A stretch of DNA of 64,000 bases from an uncultured SAR116 cluster alpha proteobacterium (GTDB taxonomy: Bacteria > Pseudomonadota > Alphaproteobacteria > Puniceispirillales > Marisalimonadaceae). Under the pieces are notes generated by a model. The model was given only the letters and a program-made list of their open reading frames with translations. It did not search any database and had not been told where the DNA came from. Position numbers and translations under genes: made by a program. This document shows positions 28,960 to 37,987 of the stretch, in pieces. The stretch lies in contig CACNFD010000004.1 in assembly GCA_902619615.1 (NCBI GenBank), positions 51,275 through 115,274 on the forward strand, read 5' to 3'. The first letter of the stretch is position 1, and the number at the start of each line of letters is the position of its first letter.

Positions 28960-31257
28960 TTAAGCTAAGTTAAAGCCTAGTTTACTTATGTTACCAGAGT
29001 CAATTGTAAACTCTGTCAAAAGTTCTTTTATGTTGCCAGTTTGTCCAAAACGATCAACACCGAGTGGTATTACTTTATGACCAAGTACAGAGCCTAACCA
29101 AGATAATGTTAGTTGGTGACCATCAATCACCGTCAAAATTTTAGTGTCTCTTGGAATTTCTTTTAATAAACTTTCAGCATGAGATTCAATTGTATTTTGA
29201 TTTGAAGATAATTGTTTATTTTTCCAATCATCTAACATTCTATCAGAACTCGTAATAGCTAAAACTCCAATATCTCTAAATTTTTCTCCTAAAATTGTTG
29301 TTGCTTCTATTATCTCTGTAGCAATGACACCTTGATAAGCTAGTATAATTTCTGGATTTGATCCAGGTTCCTTCAACCAATATCCTCCTTTTAAAACTTG
29401 ATCTTTAAAATCGTTTGTTAATTCTCTATATGGTTGTTCTATAGATCTTGTACTTAGCCTTATGTAAACAGAACCACCATTTTCATCCTGCAAATAATTA
29501 AAGCTATAATTCAAGATTATTGACAATTCATCTGCAAACGCTGGCTCAAAACTTAAAAGGCCTGGCTGACTGATCCCAGTTAATGGTGTTCCTATAGATT
29601 GATGTGCACCGCCCTCTGGCGCTAGGGAAACACCAGAGGGAGTTCCTACAATTATAAATCTTGCATCTTGATAACATGCATAATTCAAAGCATCTAATCC
29701 TCTAGCAATGAATGAGTCATATACAGTCCCTATTGGGAACAATCTTTCATTAAATAATTCATGAGAAAGACCAGCAGATCCAAGCATTATAAATAAATTC
29801 ATTTCAGCAATACCAAGCTCTATATGCTGTCCATCTGAAGAAAAAACCCACTTTTGAGCTGATGGTATTTTCCGATCTTTAAATATATCAGAAGTATCTT
29901 TTCTACTGAATAATCCTTTTTTATTTATCCAAGATCCAAGATTAGTGGAAACCGATACATCGGGTGATGTGGTTAAAATTCTTTGGGTAAATTCAGTATT
30001 GTTTTTTGCATAAGAGTCTAGAATTTTTCCAAACGCACTTTGAGTAGATATTTTATTATCATTTATCAATACAAGTTCATCAATTACTACTTTATTTCCA
30101 CTAAATTTTCTATGACCTGCTTTTTGAAAAGGAAGTTTTTTGATATATTCGTGAATGTTTAATTTGGTTTTTTCATCGGAAAAATTATTCCATTCCTCAC
30201 CATCATTAATTTCTAATTTAGATTTAAAATCATTCATTTGAGCTTTAGTCATAAGACCAGCATGATTGTCTTTATGGCCCGCTAATGGAGTGCCCCACCC
30301 TTTAATTGTATATGCAATAAATGCAGTAGGTTTATCATCTTTTATATTGTTAAATGCTTCACATAACGTTGAAATACAGTGACCACCTAAATTTGACATT
30401 AATTCTAAAAAATCAGAATCAGATCTTTTGTTAATTAATTTTGAAACCTCAGATTGATCGCCAATATCATCTAAGATTCTTTTTTTAAAAACTTCACCAC
30501 CTTCAAATGTCAAAGCTGAATATAATTGATTGGGACAATCATCAATCCATTTTTTTAATTTATTTCCACCAGGCTCTTTAAATGCTTCCTCTTGTAATTT
30601 TCCATATTTTAATACCACAAGGTTCCAATCAAATGCTGAAAAAACAGAACTTAGTCGCTCTGAAAGTCCTTCATGAACAACACCATCAAGTGACTGCCGA
30701 TTATAATCAATTATCCACCAAACATTTCTTAAATCATGTTTCCAACCTTCTTGAAGACACTCATAAACATTACCCTCATCTAGCTCTGCATCACCAACTA
30801 ACGCAATCATTCTCCCTAAAGGTTTATTTTTATAAAATTTTTTTCTTGCAACATAATCCTGAATTAGAGAAATAAAACTTGTCATTGCGACACCCAAACC
30901 TACTGATCCAGTTGAAATGTCAACATCGTCTATATCTTTTGTTCTAGACGGGTATGACTGTGCTCCGCCAAAACCTCTAAAATTTTCAATTTTTTCTTTA
31001 GTTTGTAATCCGGATAAATACTGAATAGCATGAAATACAGGACTAGCATGAGGTTTAACTGCAACTCTATCCTCTGGCCTTAAAATATTAAAATATAAAG
31101 CTGTCATTATTGAAACAATTGATGCAGAACTTGCTTGATGACCACCAACTTTAAGGCTATCTTGATTTTCTCTAATATGATTTGCATTATGGATCATCCA
31201 ACAAGCAAGCCACAAAACTTTCTTTTCAATTTTTTTTAAAATATCAACATGATTCAT
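28960..31257 (-). CDS. stand-alone AceE-like (homodimeric 2-oxoacid dehydrogenase E1 / transketolase-fold) ThDP-dependent enzyme
   Basis: 765 aa. GGHQASSAS is near the N-terminus, the ThDP motif is GDAELDEGN...IIDYNRQSLDG, and a Pyr-domain EMN-type region (IAEMNL) is present. Confidence 0.75.
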   Translation of the reverse strand: MNHVDILKKIEKKVLWLACWMIHNANHIRENQDSLKVGGHQASSASIVSIMTALYFNILRPEDRVAVKPHASPVFHAIQYLSGLQTKEKIENFRGFGGAQSYPSRTKDIDDVDISTGSVGLGVAMTSFISLIQDYVARKKFYKNKPLGRMIALVGDAELDEGNVYECLQEGWKHDLRNVWWIIDYNRQSLDGVVHEGLSERLSSVFSAFDWNLVVLKYGKLQEEAFKEPGGNKLKKWIDDCPNQLYSALTFEGGEVFKKRILDDIGDQSEVSKLINKRSDSDFLELMSNLGGHCISTLCEAFNNIKDDKPTAFIAYTIKGWGTPLAGHKDNHAGLMTKAQMNDFKSKLEINDGEEWNNFSDEKTKLNIHEYIKKLPFQKAGHRKFSGNKVVIDELVLINDNKISTQSAFGKILDSYAKNNTEFTQRILTTSPDVSVSTNLGSWINKKGLFSRKDTSDIFKDRKIPSAQKWVFSSDGQHIELGIAEMNLFIMLGSAGLSHELFNERLFPIGTVYDSFIARGLDALNYACYQDARFIIVGTPSGVSLAPEGGAHQSIGTPLTGISQPGLLSFEPAFADELSIILNYSFNYLQDENGGSVYIRLSTRSIEQPYRELTNDFKDQVLKGGYWLKEPGSNPEIILAYQGVIATEIIEATTILGEKFRDIGVLAITSSDRMLDDWKNKQLSSNQNTIESHAESLLKEIPRDTKILTVIDGHQLTLSWLGSVLGHKVIPLGVDRFGQTGNIKELLTEFTIDSGNISKLGFNLA

Positions 31258-31379
31258 TTCTTTACTGTAGCATCTTTCAAATGGAATGAATGACTAAATA
31301 TTATAAAAATACTTCTAAATTTAATATTATCTGCTAATATAAATATATTAGTAAAATATTATATTAAAATAGGTTTTGT

Positions 31380-31847
31380 TTGAGCAATATTGACAAAATA
31401 GATCAAAAAATTATTTTTTTTCTTCAGCAAAATGGTAAGTTAACTAATTTTGAGTTAGCTGAAAAAGTTGGCTTGTCACCATCTCCTTGCTTACGAAGAG
31501 TAAAAACCTTGGAGCAAAAAGGTTTAATAGCTGGATACACAGCTATTATTGATGAAATTGCTTTTGGTTATCCAGTAACTGCTTTTGTGTCTGTTAGATT
31601 AGAGAATCAAACAGATCAAATTTTAAAGTCATTTGAAAAAGAAATAACATCTTTAGATGCTGTTATGGATTGTTGGTTAGTAACTGGAAATAGAGATTAT
31701 TTATTAAGAGTTGTTGCAACTGACTTAAAAAACTATGAAATCTTTATGAGAGAAGAACTCACAAAGGTTAAAGGTATTGCATCAATAGAAACAAATTTTG
31801 CGCTAGGAAGAGTTAAGACAATAAATACCTTACCTATAAATTATTAA
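31380..31847 (+). CDS. Lrp/AsnC family transcriptional regulator
   Basis: TTG start. HTH LTNFELAEKVGLSPSPCLRRVKTLEQKGLI plus a C-terminal RAM/AsnC_trans_reg domain. It is divergent from the NHase operon. Confidence 0.88.
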   Translation: MSNIDKIDQKIIFFLQQNGKLTNFELAEKVGLSPSPCLRRVKTLEQKGLIAGYTAIIDEIAFGYPVTAFVSVRLENQTDQILKSFEKEITSLDAVMDCWLVTGNRDYLLRVVATDLKNYEIFMREELTKVKGIASIETNFALGRVKTINTLPINY

Positions 31848-31867
31848 TTATTTATGTTGTATGAAAA

Positions 31868-32773
31868 TTGATAAAGAATTTAAAAAATATAAATGCTGGA
31901 GATTTAAATGTAAGCTACTTTGAGGCGGGTTCAAGAAAAGGTTTACCTGTAATACTTCTTCATGGCTTCCCATACGATATTCACGCTTACAAAGAAGTAG
32001 TTCCGTTATTAATGTCAAGCTGTAGAATAATTATTCCTTACTTAAGAGGGTATGGACACACATTTTTTTTACAAAATGATACGATACGTTCAGGTCAACA
32101 AGCAGCACTTGGATTTGACTTGTTGAAACTTATGGATGCACTTAAAATAGATAAAGCAATTTTAGGGGGATATGATTGGGGTGGCAGGGCAGCTTGCATA
32201 GTTGCTGCACTATATCCAAATAGATGTTTAGGTTTAGTTTCCTGCAACGGCTACAATATTCAAGACATAAAAAAATCATTAATACCAGTTAAGCCAGAAA
32301 TTGAACAAAAATTATGGTATCAATATTTTTTCCATAGTGAAAGGGGGCGAAATGGTCTTTTAAATCAACGTCATGATTTTATAAAATTTATATGGAAAAC
32401 ATGGTCACCAACTTGGAATGTTAATAATAATTTATATAATTTAAGTGCTAATGCTTTTGAGAATCCTGATTTTGTAGAAGTAGTCATTCATAGTTACCGT
32501 CATAGATTTGGACTGGTATGTGGCGACAAAAAGTTTGAAAAAATAGAAAAGAAATTATCTAACCAGCCTGTTATTTCTGCGCCTGCCATAACAATTGATG
32601 GTGATAATGACGGCGTGACCGGATTATCTGATATTGCAAAAATTAAACAAAAATTTTCAAGTCATCTTAAACATGAAATTCTTCCAAATATTGGCCATAA
32701 TGTGCCTCAGGAGGACCCTAAAAATTTTTCCGAAGCCATATTACATATAATGAGGATTCACAAAAATTTATAA
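31868..32773 (+). CDS. alpha/beta hydrolase, epoxide hydrolase / haloacid dehalogenase-like (Asp nucleophile)
   Basis: HGFP oxyanion motif, GGYDWGG elbow with Asp in the nucleophile position, and a C-terminal His in GHNVPQE. There is no early ATG, so a TTG start is assumed. Confidence 0.7.
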   Translation: MIKNLKNINAGDLNVSYFEAGSRKGLPVILLHGFPYDIHAYKEVVPLLMSSCRIIIPYLRGYGHTFFLQNDTIRSGQQAALGFDLLKLMDALKIDKAILGGYDWGGRAACIVAALYPNRCLGLVSCNGYNIQDIKKSLIPVKPEIEQKLWYQYFFHSERGRNGLLNQRHDFIKFIWKTWSPTWNVNNNLYNLSANAFENPDFVEVVIHSYRHRFGLVCGDKKFEKIEKKLSNQPVISAPAITIDGDNDGVTGLSDIAKIKQKFSSHLKHEILPNIGHNVPQEDPKNFSEAILHIMRIHKNL

Positions 32774-33976
32774 ATTCGCAATCTTTGTGGGTACTCCAAA
32801 TTCTTTTCTACATATTATAGCCAAACGTTTAATGCCCTCATCAATTTCTTTAATTGAAGGATTACCAAAGCAAAGTCTCATTTTATGTCCACCACTTTTG
32901 TTAATTGACCATTCATTTCCTGGATTTATAGCCACACCATCTTTTAATGCCAATTCGTAAAGACGAGATGTGTCTACTTTTTTATGCATATCAACCCAAA
33001 CAAAAATTCCACCATCAGGTTTTTTATATTCAGCAGAAGATCCAAAATATTTATCCAAAGCATTACAAATAGCCTCTGATTTTTTTTGCAATTTATTTTT
33101 TAGTGTTTTGACATGTGAATTAAAATTTTCCGTACAAAACTCTGCCAGTGCCATTTGTTCTAATGATCCGCTACCAGCATCAGTTTTATAAGGTAATATT
33201 CTTGATAAAACATCCCAATTTGCAATTAAATACCCAACTCTAAGTGCAGGTGCAATTGATTTAGAAAAAGATCCACAGTAAGTTACATATCCTTCTTTAT
33301 CAAATGACTTAATCGCAGGGGGTCTTTCTTTTTCAAAAAGAAGATCTGCGTAACAATCATCTTCAAAAATTGGTATTTGATATTTTTTTGATAATTTTAT
33401 TAGTTGCTTCCTTTTAGCAACAGACATTACTGTTCCAGTAGGGTTTTGAATTGTTGGGATCGTGTAAATATATCTTGGGATTATTTCTTTTTTCTGAAGA
33501 TCATTTAACTCTTGCTCTAGGATTTTTAAATTCATTCCGTCTTTTTCTAAAGGTATTCCGACCATATTTACACCAAGTCTTCTTAGCCTTGAAATAGTTC
33601 CTCCATAATTTTCCTCTTCAATTATTACTGTATCCCCTTTTCTAAGGAATGTCTGGTTTACAAGATCTAAAGCTTGCAATGAACCAGAAAGAACTAATAT
33701 CTCTCTTTCGGAGCAATTAATTTTTGAACTAATTTTCAATTGATTTGATATAAATTTTCTTAATGGTAAAAAGCCCTGAGGACCACTTTCTAGTCCATAT
33801 TTAGCTAAAGTTTTTCCCTCTTTTAATATTATTTTATTGAGAGAGTCCTTTATAGATTGCACAGGGATACTATCACTATCAATATGCCCTCCTACAAAAT
33901 TGTATTTTGGAAAACCTTTCCATTCCACTGCTGGTTTTAGAGCATCTAAATGTAAAAAATTATTAATGTTAAACAT
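32768..33976 (-). CDS. PLP-dependent aminotransferase, class I/II (2-aminoadipate/MocR-like subgroup)
   Basis: 402 aa with NPTG and SFSKSIAPALRVGY (PLP lysine). Confidence 0.8.
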   Translation of the reverse strand: MFNINNFLHLDALKPAVEWKGFPKYNFVGGHIDSDSIPVQSIKDSLNKIILKEGKTLAKYGLESGPQGFLPLRKFISNQLKISSKINCSEREILVLSGSLQALDLVNQTFLRKGDTVIIEEENYGGTISRLRRLGVNMVGIPLEKDGMNLKILEQELNDLQKKEIIPRYIYTIPTIQNPTGTVMSVAKRKQLIKLSKKYQIPIFEDDCYADLLFEKERPPAIKSFDKEGYVTYCGSFSKSIAPALRVGYLIANWDVLSRILPYKTDAGSGSLEQMALAEFCTENFNSHVKTLKNKLQKKSEAICNALDKYFGSSAEYKKPDGGIFVWVDMHKKVDTSRLYELALKDGVAINPGNEWSINKSGGHKMRLCFGNPSIKEIDEGIKRLAIICRKEFGVPTKIANL

Positions 33977-34068
33977 TTCTCCTCCTATAGTATAAACTTA
34001 TATCAAAGATTCCTTTTGTAAAATATTTATAAAGATTTATATTTTTACATAATGGAAAGAATATAGTT

Positions 34069-34437
34069 ATGCTATCAATCGAAAATTGGATAAACAACAT
34101 AAATTCCAATAAAAGATTAATTGAAAATGGTCGTTGGTTAAATATCACTTTCACATTTGGTATTGGAGACAAAGATTATTTATTTGAGATACTTAGTGGA
34201 AATGTATTGTCTATAAATGAAAGAGAAATTTTAACACAAAGTGGAACTTTTAAAATTTATGGTCAAAGGGATAGTTGGAATAAACATTGGTTAAAAGTAC
34301 CTCCTAGAGATTATCATGATATATTTGCTATGCTTGCAAAAAAAATTATATATATAGATGGAGATCTAACCCCATTTATACAAAACCTTCAATATTTTAA
34401 AGATCTAATAGCTTCTAATAGGGATATGCATGACTGA
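34069..34437 (+). CDS. SCP2 sterol-carrier-like small protein
   Basis: 122 aa. The pattern (FTFGIGDKDYLFEI...FKIYG...DGDL...) resembles the SCP2 fold. It overlaps the next gene by 8 nt. Confidence 0.45.
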   Translation: MLSIENWINNINSNKRLIENGRWLNITFTFGIGDKDYLFEILSGNVLSINEREILTQSGTFKIYGQRDSWNKHWLKVPPRDYHDIFAMLAKKIIYIDGDLTPFIQNLQYFKDLIASNRDMHD

Positions 34438-35278
34438 TTTGAACTTTGAGGATATAATTGGCAGATATTTTAATTTAAATTTAACAAAGGACAATTATAG
34501 AATTTATGTTGAGGAAGCAGGACAGGGGACTCCTCTATTATGTCTGCATACAGCCGGGTCTGATGGAAGACAATTTCGACATATTTTAAATGATAAAAGA
34601 ATTACAAATAATTATAGAGTAATTGTTTTTGATTTGCCTTGGCATGGGAAATCCAACCCACCTGAAGGTTATGAATTGAAAGACTACAAACTAACTACAA
34701 ATCTTTACAAAGAAATAATAATGTCTTTTTGTAAGCAATATAAATTAATTGATCCAGTTATAATGGGTTGCTCGATGGGTGGAAGAGTAGTCTTACATCT
34801 TGCCCTAGAACATTGTGATTACTTTAAAGCTGTGATTGCACTTGAAGGTTCTGACAAACTTGAACCTTATTATGATCTAGATTGGCTGCACAGACCAGAT
34901 GTTCATGGTGGTTTAGTTCAAGCGGCATTTGTTTCCTCACAAATAGCACCTCAAAGTCCAAATAATTTTAAACATGAAACTTTATGGCATTATATGCAAG
35001 GAGGGCCCGGCGTTTTCAAAGGAGATCTTTATTTTTATTGGCATGACGGAGACTTTGACGACCGTTCAAATTTAATAGATACTTCAAAATGTCCGGTATA
35101 TCTTTTATCAGGTGAATATGATTGTTCTTGTACACCTGAGCGGACACTAGAAACGGCAAAAAGAATTAAGGGATCTAGAGCAACTATAATACCAGGAATA
35201 GGTCATTTTCCTATGTCAGAAAATCCAGATTTATTTAAAACTTATATCTATCCAATATTAGATGAAATTTTAAAATAA
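34430..35278 (+). CDS. alpha/beta hydrolase
   Basis: LHTAGSDGRQF, nucleophile elbow GCSMGG, and a C-terminal GHFPMSENP. Confidence 0.7.
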   Translation: MTDLNFEDIIGRYFNLNLTKDNYRIYVEEAGQGTPLLCLHTAGSDGRQFRHILNDKRITNNYRVIVFDLPWHGKSNPPEGYELKDYKLTTNLYKEIIMSFCKQYKLIDPVIMGCSMGGRVVLHLALEHCDYFKAVIALEGSDKLEPYYDLDWLHRPDVHGGLVQAAFVSSQIAPQSPNNFKHETLWHYMQGGPGVFKGDLYFYWHDGDFDDRSNLIDTSKCPVYLLSGEYDCSCTPERTLETAKRIKGSRATIIPGIGHFPMSENPDLFKTYIYPILDEILK

Positions 35279-35280
35279 AC

Positions 35281-36057
35281 TTATCCGGCCTTTTCTATAT
35301 TCCCACAAACACTTACAGCTTGACCAGAAATATTTTTCCCAAGAGGACTACACAAAAAATGAGCTTGCTCTGCTAAATCTTCGTGAGTTACAAATCTATT
35401 CAATGATGCACCAGATAAAATTTCGTCTCTCATTACTTCGAAAGATACTTTTTTAACTTTAGCCTTTGCATCAATAACTCGGTTTTGTCTCTCGCCTTCA
35501 ACAATACCTGGTAAAAGTGCATTTGCTCTTATACCCCGAGGACCTAGTTCAATTGCTAAACTCTTCACCATGCCTATAACCGCCCATTTTGTAGCTGCGT
35601 ACGGTATTCTGTAAGCAAAGCCAACTCTACCAGCAACAGAAGATACCGACAGAATTGATCCATCGTTATTCATACGTGGAACAACTAGTCTCATTGTTTC
35701 AAAATGACTAGTAATATTAACTTGTAAACACTCTTGCCAACCTCCTAGCGTTTGCTCACCAACACCAGCTGTCTCTCCTGCAATCCCAGCATTATTTACT
35801 ATAATGTCAATTTCTTTTAGGTAATCAAACCCGGCTTCAACCATAGATGAGATCAATTGGGTTTGCCTAAGGTCACATACAACTGCTTTAATATTATCAT
35901 TAACATCATTGACTTTGTTCACAGCTTCAGGATTAATATCACATACAAAGACTTTGGCTCCTGCTTTTTCAAATCTTTTAGCTATTGCATAACCAATCCC
36001 ATCAGCTCCAGCTGTTATAAGAGCTTTTTTACCTTCAAGAAGTTTTTCGTAGTTCAT
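35281..36057 (-). CDS. short-chain dehydrogenase/reductase (classical SDR)
   Basis: TAGADGIG cofactor motif, NNAG, and catalytic YAATK. Confidence 0.85.
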   Translation of the reverse strand: MNYEKLLEGKKALITAGADGIGYAIAKRFEKAGAKVFVCDINPEAVNKVNDVNDNIKAVVCDLRQTQLISSMVEAGFDYLKEIDIIVNNAGIAGETAGVGEQTLGGWQECLQVNITSHFETMRLVVPRMNNDGSILSVSSVAGRVGFAYRIPYAATKWAVIGMVKSLAIELGPRGIRANALLPGIVEGERQNRVIDAKAKVKKVSFEVMRDEILSGASLNRFVTHEDLAEQAHFLCSPLGKNISGQAVSVCGNIEKAG

Positions 36058-36067
36058 TTTTAACTTT

Positions 36068-37000
36068 CTAATTTATGTTAGTATTATTTTTTCCTTTTAG
36101 CCCTAACATTTGTCTTGCTTCATCAGGTGTAGCAATCTCCAGTGAAAGTCCTTCTAGGATTTCTCTTACCCTTTTTACTTGATCAGCATTTGTCTTAGCT
36201 AAATTACCTGGACCGTCCCATAGAGAATCTTCAAGACCAACACGCACGTGAGAACCTAAAGAAGCACCAGTTGCATTCATCCTCATTTGAGTTGCTCCAG
36301 CACCGACAACTGACCACTCATAACCTACTTCACCAAATAATTTATCAGCTGTTTTTTTCATATGTAATAAATTGTCAGCATCAGCACCAATACCACCCAT
36401 TATTCCCATAACAAATTGAATAAAGTAAGGACCTTTTAACATACCTTCTCTATGAAAATAATGAAGATTATATAAGTGACCAACATCATAACATTCAAAC
36501 TCAAATTTAGTTTCATTTTCATAACCAAATGTCATTATGTTTTCAATATCTTCAAAAGTATTTTTAAAAAGAGAATACTTACTTTTCTCAAGCATTTCTT
36601 TTTCCCAAGGGTGTTTTAACTGATTATGTCTTTTAAGCATCGGAAAAAGCCCGAAATTCATAGATCCCATATTTAATGAAGCAAGTTCTGGTTTAAAATG
36701 CATTGCAGGCTTCATTCTCTCTTCCACTGTCATTTGTGGACCACCTCCAGTTGTAATGTTTATCACTGCATCACAAGAGTTATGAATGGTTGGTAGAAAT
36801 TTTTGAAATTCTTCCGGATCTTGAGTTGGGTGGCCATCATCCTCATCTCGTGCATGCAAATGCAAGACAGCAGCACCAGCTTCATGTGCTGCTAATGAAT
36901 GTTCAATAACTTCTTCTGCCGTCACCGGTAAAAACTCTGACATTGAAGGTGTATGTATCGCTCCTGTTACTGCACAGCTGATAATTACTTTTTTAGCCAT
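36068..37000 (-). CDS. BKACE family beta-keto acid cleavage enzyme (3-keto-5-aminohexanoate cleavage enzyme family, DUF849)
   Basis: 310 aa TIM-barrel protein: ISCAVTGAIHTP, Zn site LHLHARD, and a C-terminal VGLEDSL. Confidence 0.85.
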   Translation of the reverse strand: MAKKVIISCAVTGAIHTPSMSEFLPVTAEEVIEHSLAAHEAGAAVLHLHARDEDDGHPTQDPEEFQKFLPTIHNSCDAVINITTGGGPQMTVEERMKPAMHFKPELASLNMGSMNFGLFPMLKRHNQLKHPWEKEMLEKSKYSLFKNTFEDIENIMTFGYENETKFEFECYDVGHLYNLHYFHREGMLKGPYFIQFVMGIMGGIGADADNLLHMKKTADKLFGEVGYEWSVVGAGATQMRMNATGASLGSHVRVGLEDSLWDGPGNLAKTNADQVKRVREILEGLSLEIATPDEARQMLGLKGKNNTNIN

Positions 37001-37936
37001 TTAAATATCCTCTCCTAATTCAGATTTAAGCTTTCTAATTAATGCAATCATTTTATTTCTTTTTTCTACTCTATTATCCCTTTGATCATAAGATAATCTT
37101 TTTCTTTGATCCATTTCTAATTTATTTAAATATTCTTCTGAATATTCAGGAACACTATTTTGCTCCTTAGCTAAATTTTGTATACCTTTTTTATATCGAG
37201 TAAAAGAATCTTTGATACCCTCTGGTGCATTTAAATCCATAATCTCAAAGGGACCCATGAATGCCCACCTTATACCTAATGCATGTTTTAAAGCTATATC
37301 GATATCTTCCATAGAAGCAAACCCTCCTTCGTGAAGTCTAACTGCTTCGTTAAGAAGAGCACCCTGCAATCTATTTAAAACAAAACCTTCTGCCTCTTTA
37401 TTTATAGTAATAGCTGCATATTTAGCTTTTTTGTATATTGAGACAGCTTGTTTAATAATTTTTGGGTCGGTATCCACCCCACCTGAAACTTCAACAAATG
37501 GGACAATGTGAGGAGGCAAGGCGGGATGTGCGTTGATACATCTATGTTTGTGTTTTACAAGCTCTGAAATTCTAGAAATCAGAAGATAAGATGAAGATGA
37601 TGCAATAATTGTATTTTCTGGAGTCAATTTATCTAATTGTGCAAACACTGATTTTTTTAGCTCTAAATCCTCTGACACACTTTCTTGAACTAAGATTGAA
37701 TCATTGCAAGTTTCTTCAATAGTACAGTTCAACTTTATGTTAGAACTTATCTTTTCTTCATCTGTTTCAGGGTTAATGATACGTAAATCTTGGATTAATT
37801 TATTCGCTAAATCTTTAAATTTTGTAAAACTATCTTCACTTTTGTCATAAACAAAACATTTAAAACCAGAATTAGCAAAACCTATTGCCCAGCTTGCTCC
37901 AATTAGACCAGCACCACAGATGCCAATTTTATCCAT
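37001..37936 (-). CDS. 3-hydroxyacyl-CoA dehydrogenase family protein, L-carnitine dehydrogenase-like
   Basis: I prefer ATG 37936 (MDKIGICGAGLIGASWA, Rossmann). The track's 8 extra codons (to 37960) are the U-tract and 3' stem arm of the terminator hairpin after dctM. The gene abuts the BKACE gene at 37000/37001. Confidence 0.8.
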   Translation of the reverse strand: MDKIGICGAGLIGASWAIGFANSGFKCFVYDKSEDSFTKFKDLANKLIQDLRIINPETDEEKISSNIKLNCTIEETCNDSILVQESVSEDLELKKSVFAQLDKLTPENTIIASSSSYLLISRISELVKHKHRCINAHPALPPHIVPFVEVSGGVDTDPKIIKQAVSIYKKAKYAAITINKEAEGFVLNRLQGALLNEAVRLHEGGFASMEDIDIALKHALGIRWAFMGPFEIMDLNAPEGIKDSFTRYKKGIQNLAKEQNSVPEYSEEYLNKLEMDQRKRLSYDQRDNRVEKRNKMIALIRKLKSELGEDI

Positions 37937-37946
37937 ATTAAATCCC

Positions 37947-37977
37947 AAAAAAAACCGCATCTTTCAGATGCGGTTTT
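37947..37977 (-). terminator. rho-independent terminator/attenuator between dctM and the dehydrogenase gene
   Basis: Perfect inverted repeat AAAACCGCATC-TTTCA-GATGCGGTTTT. On the minus strand the GC-containing stem is followed by a T8 run. Confidence 0.6.
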
Positions 37978-37987
37978 CATTAACTTG

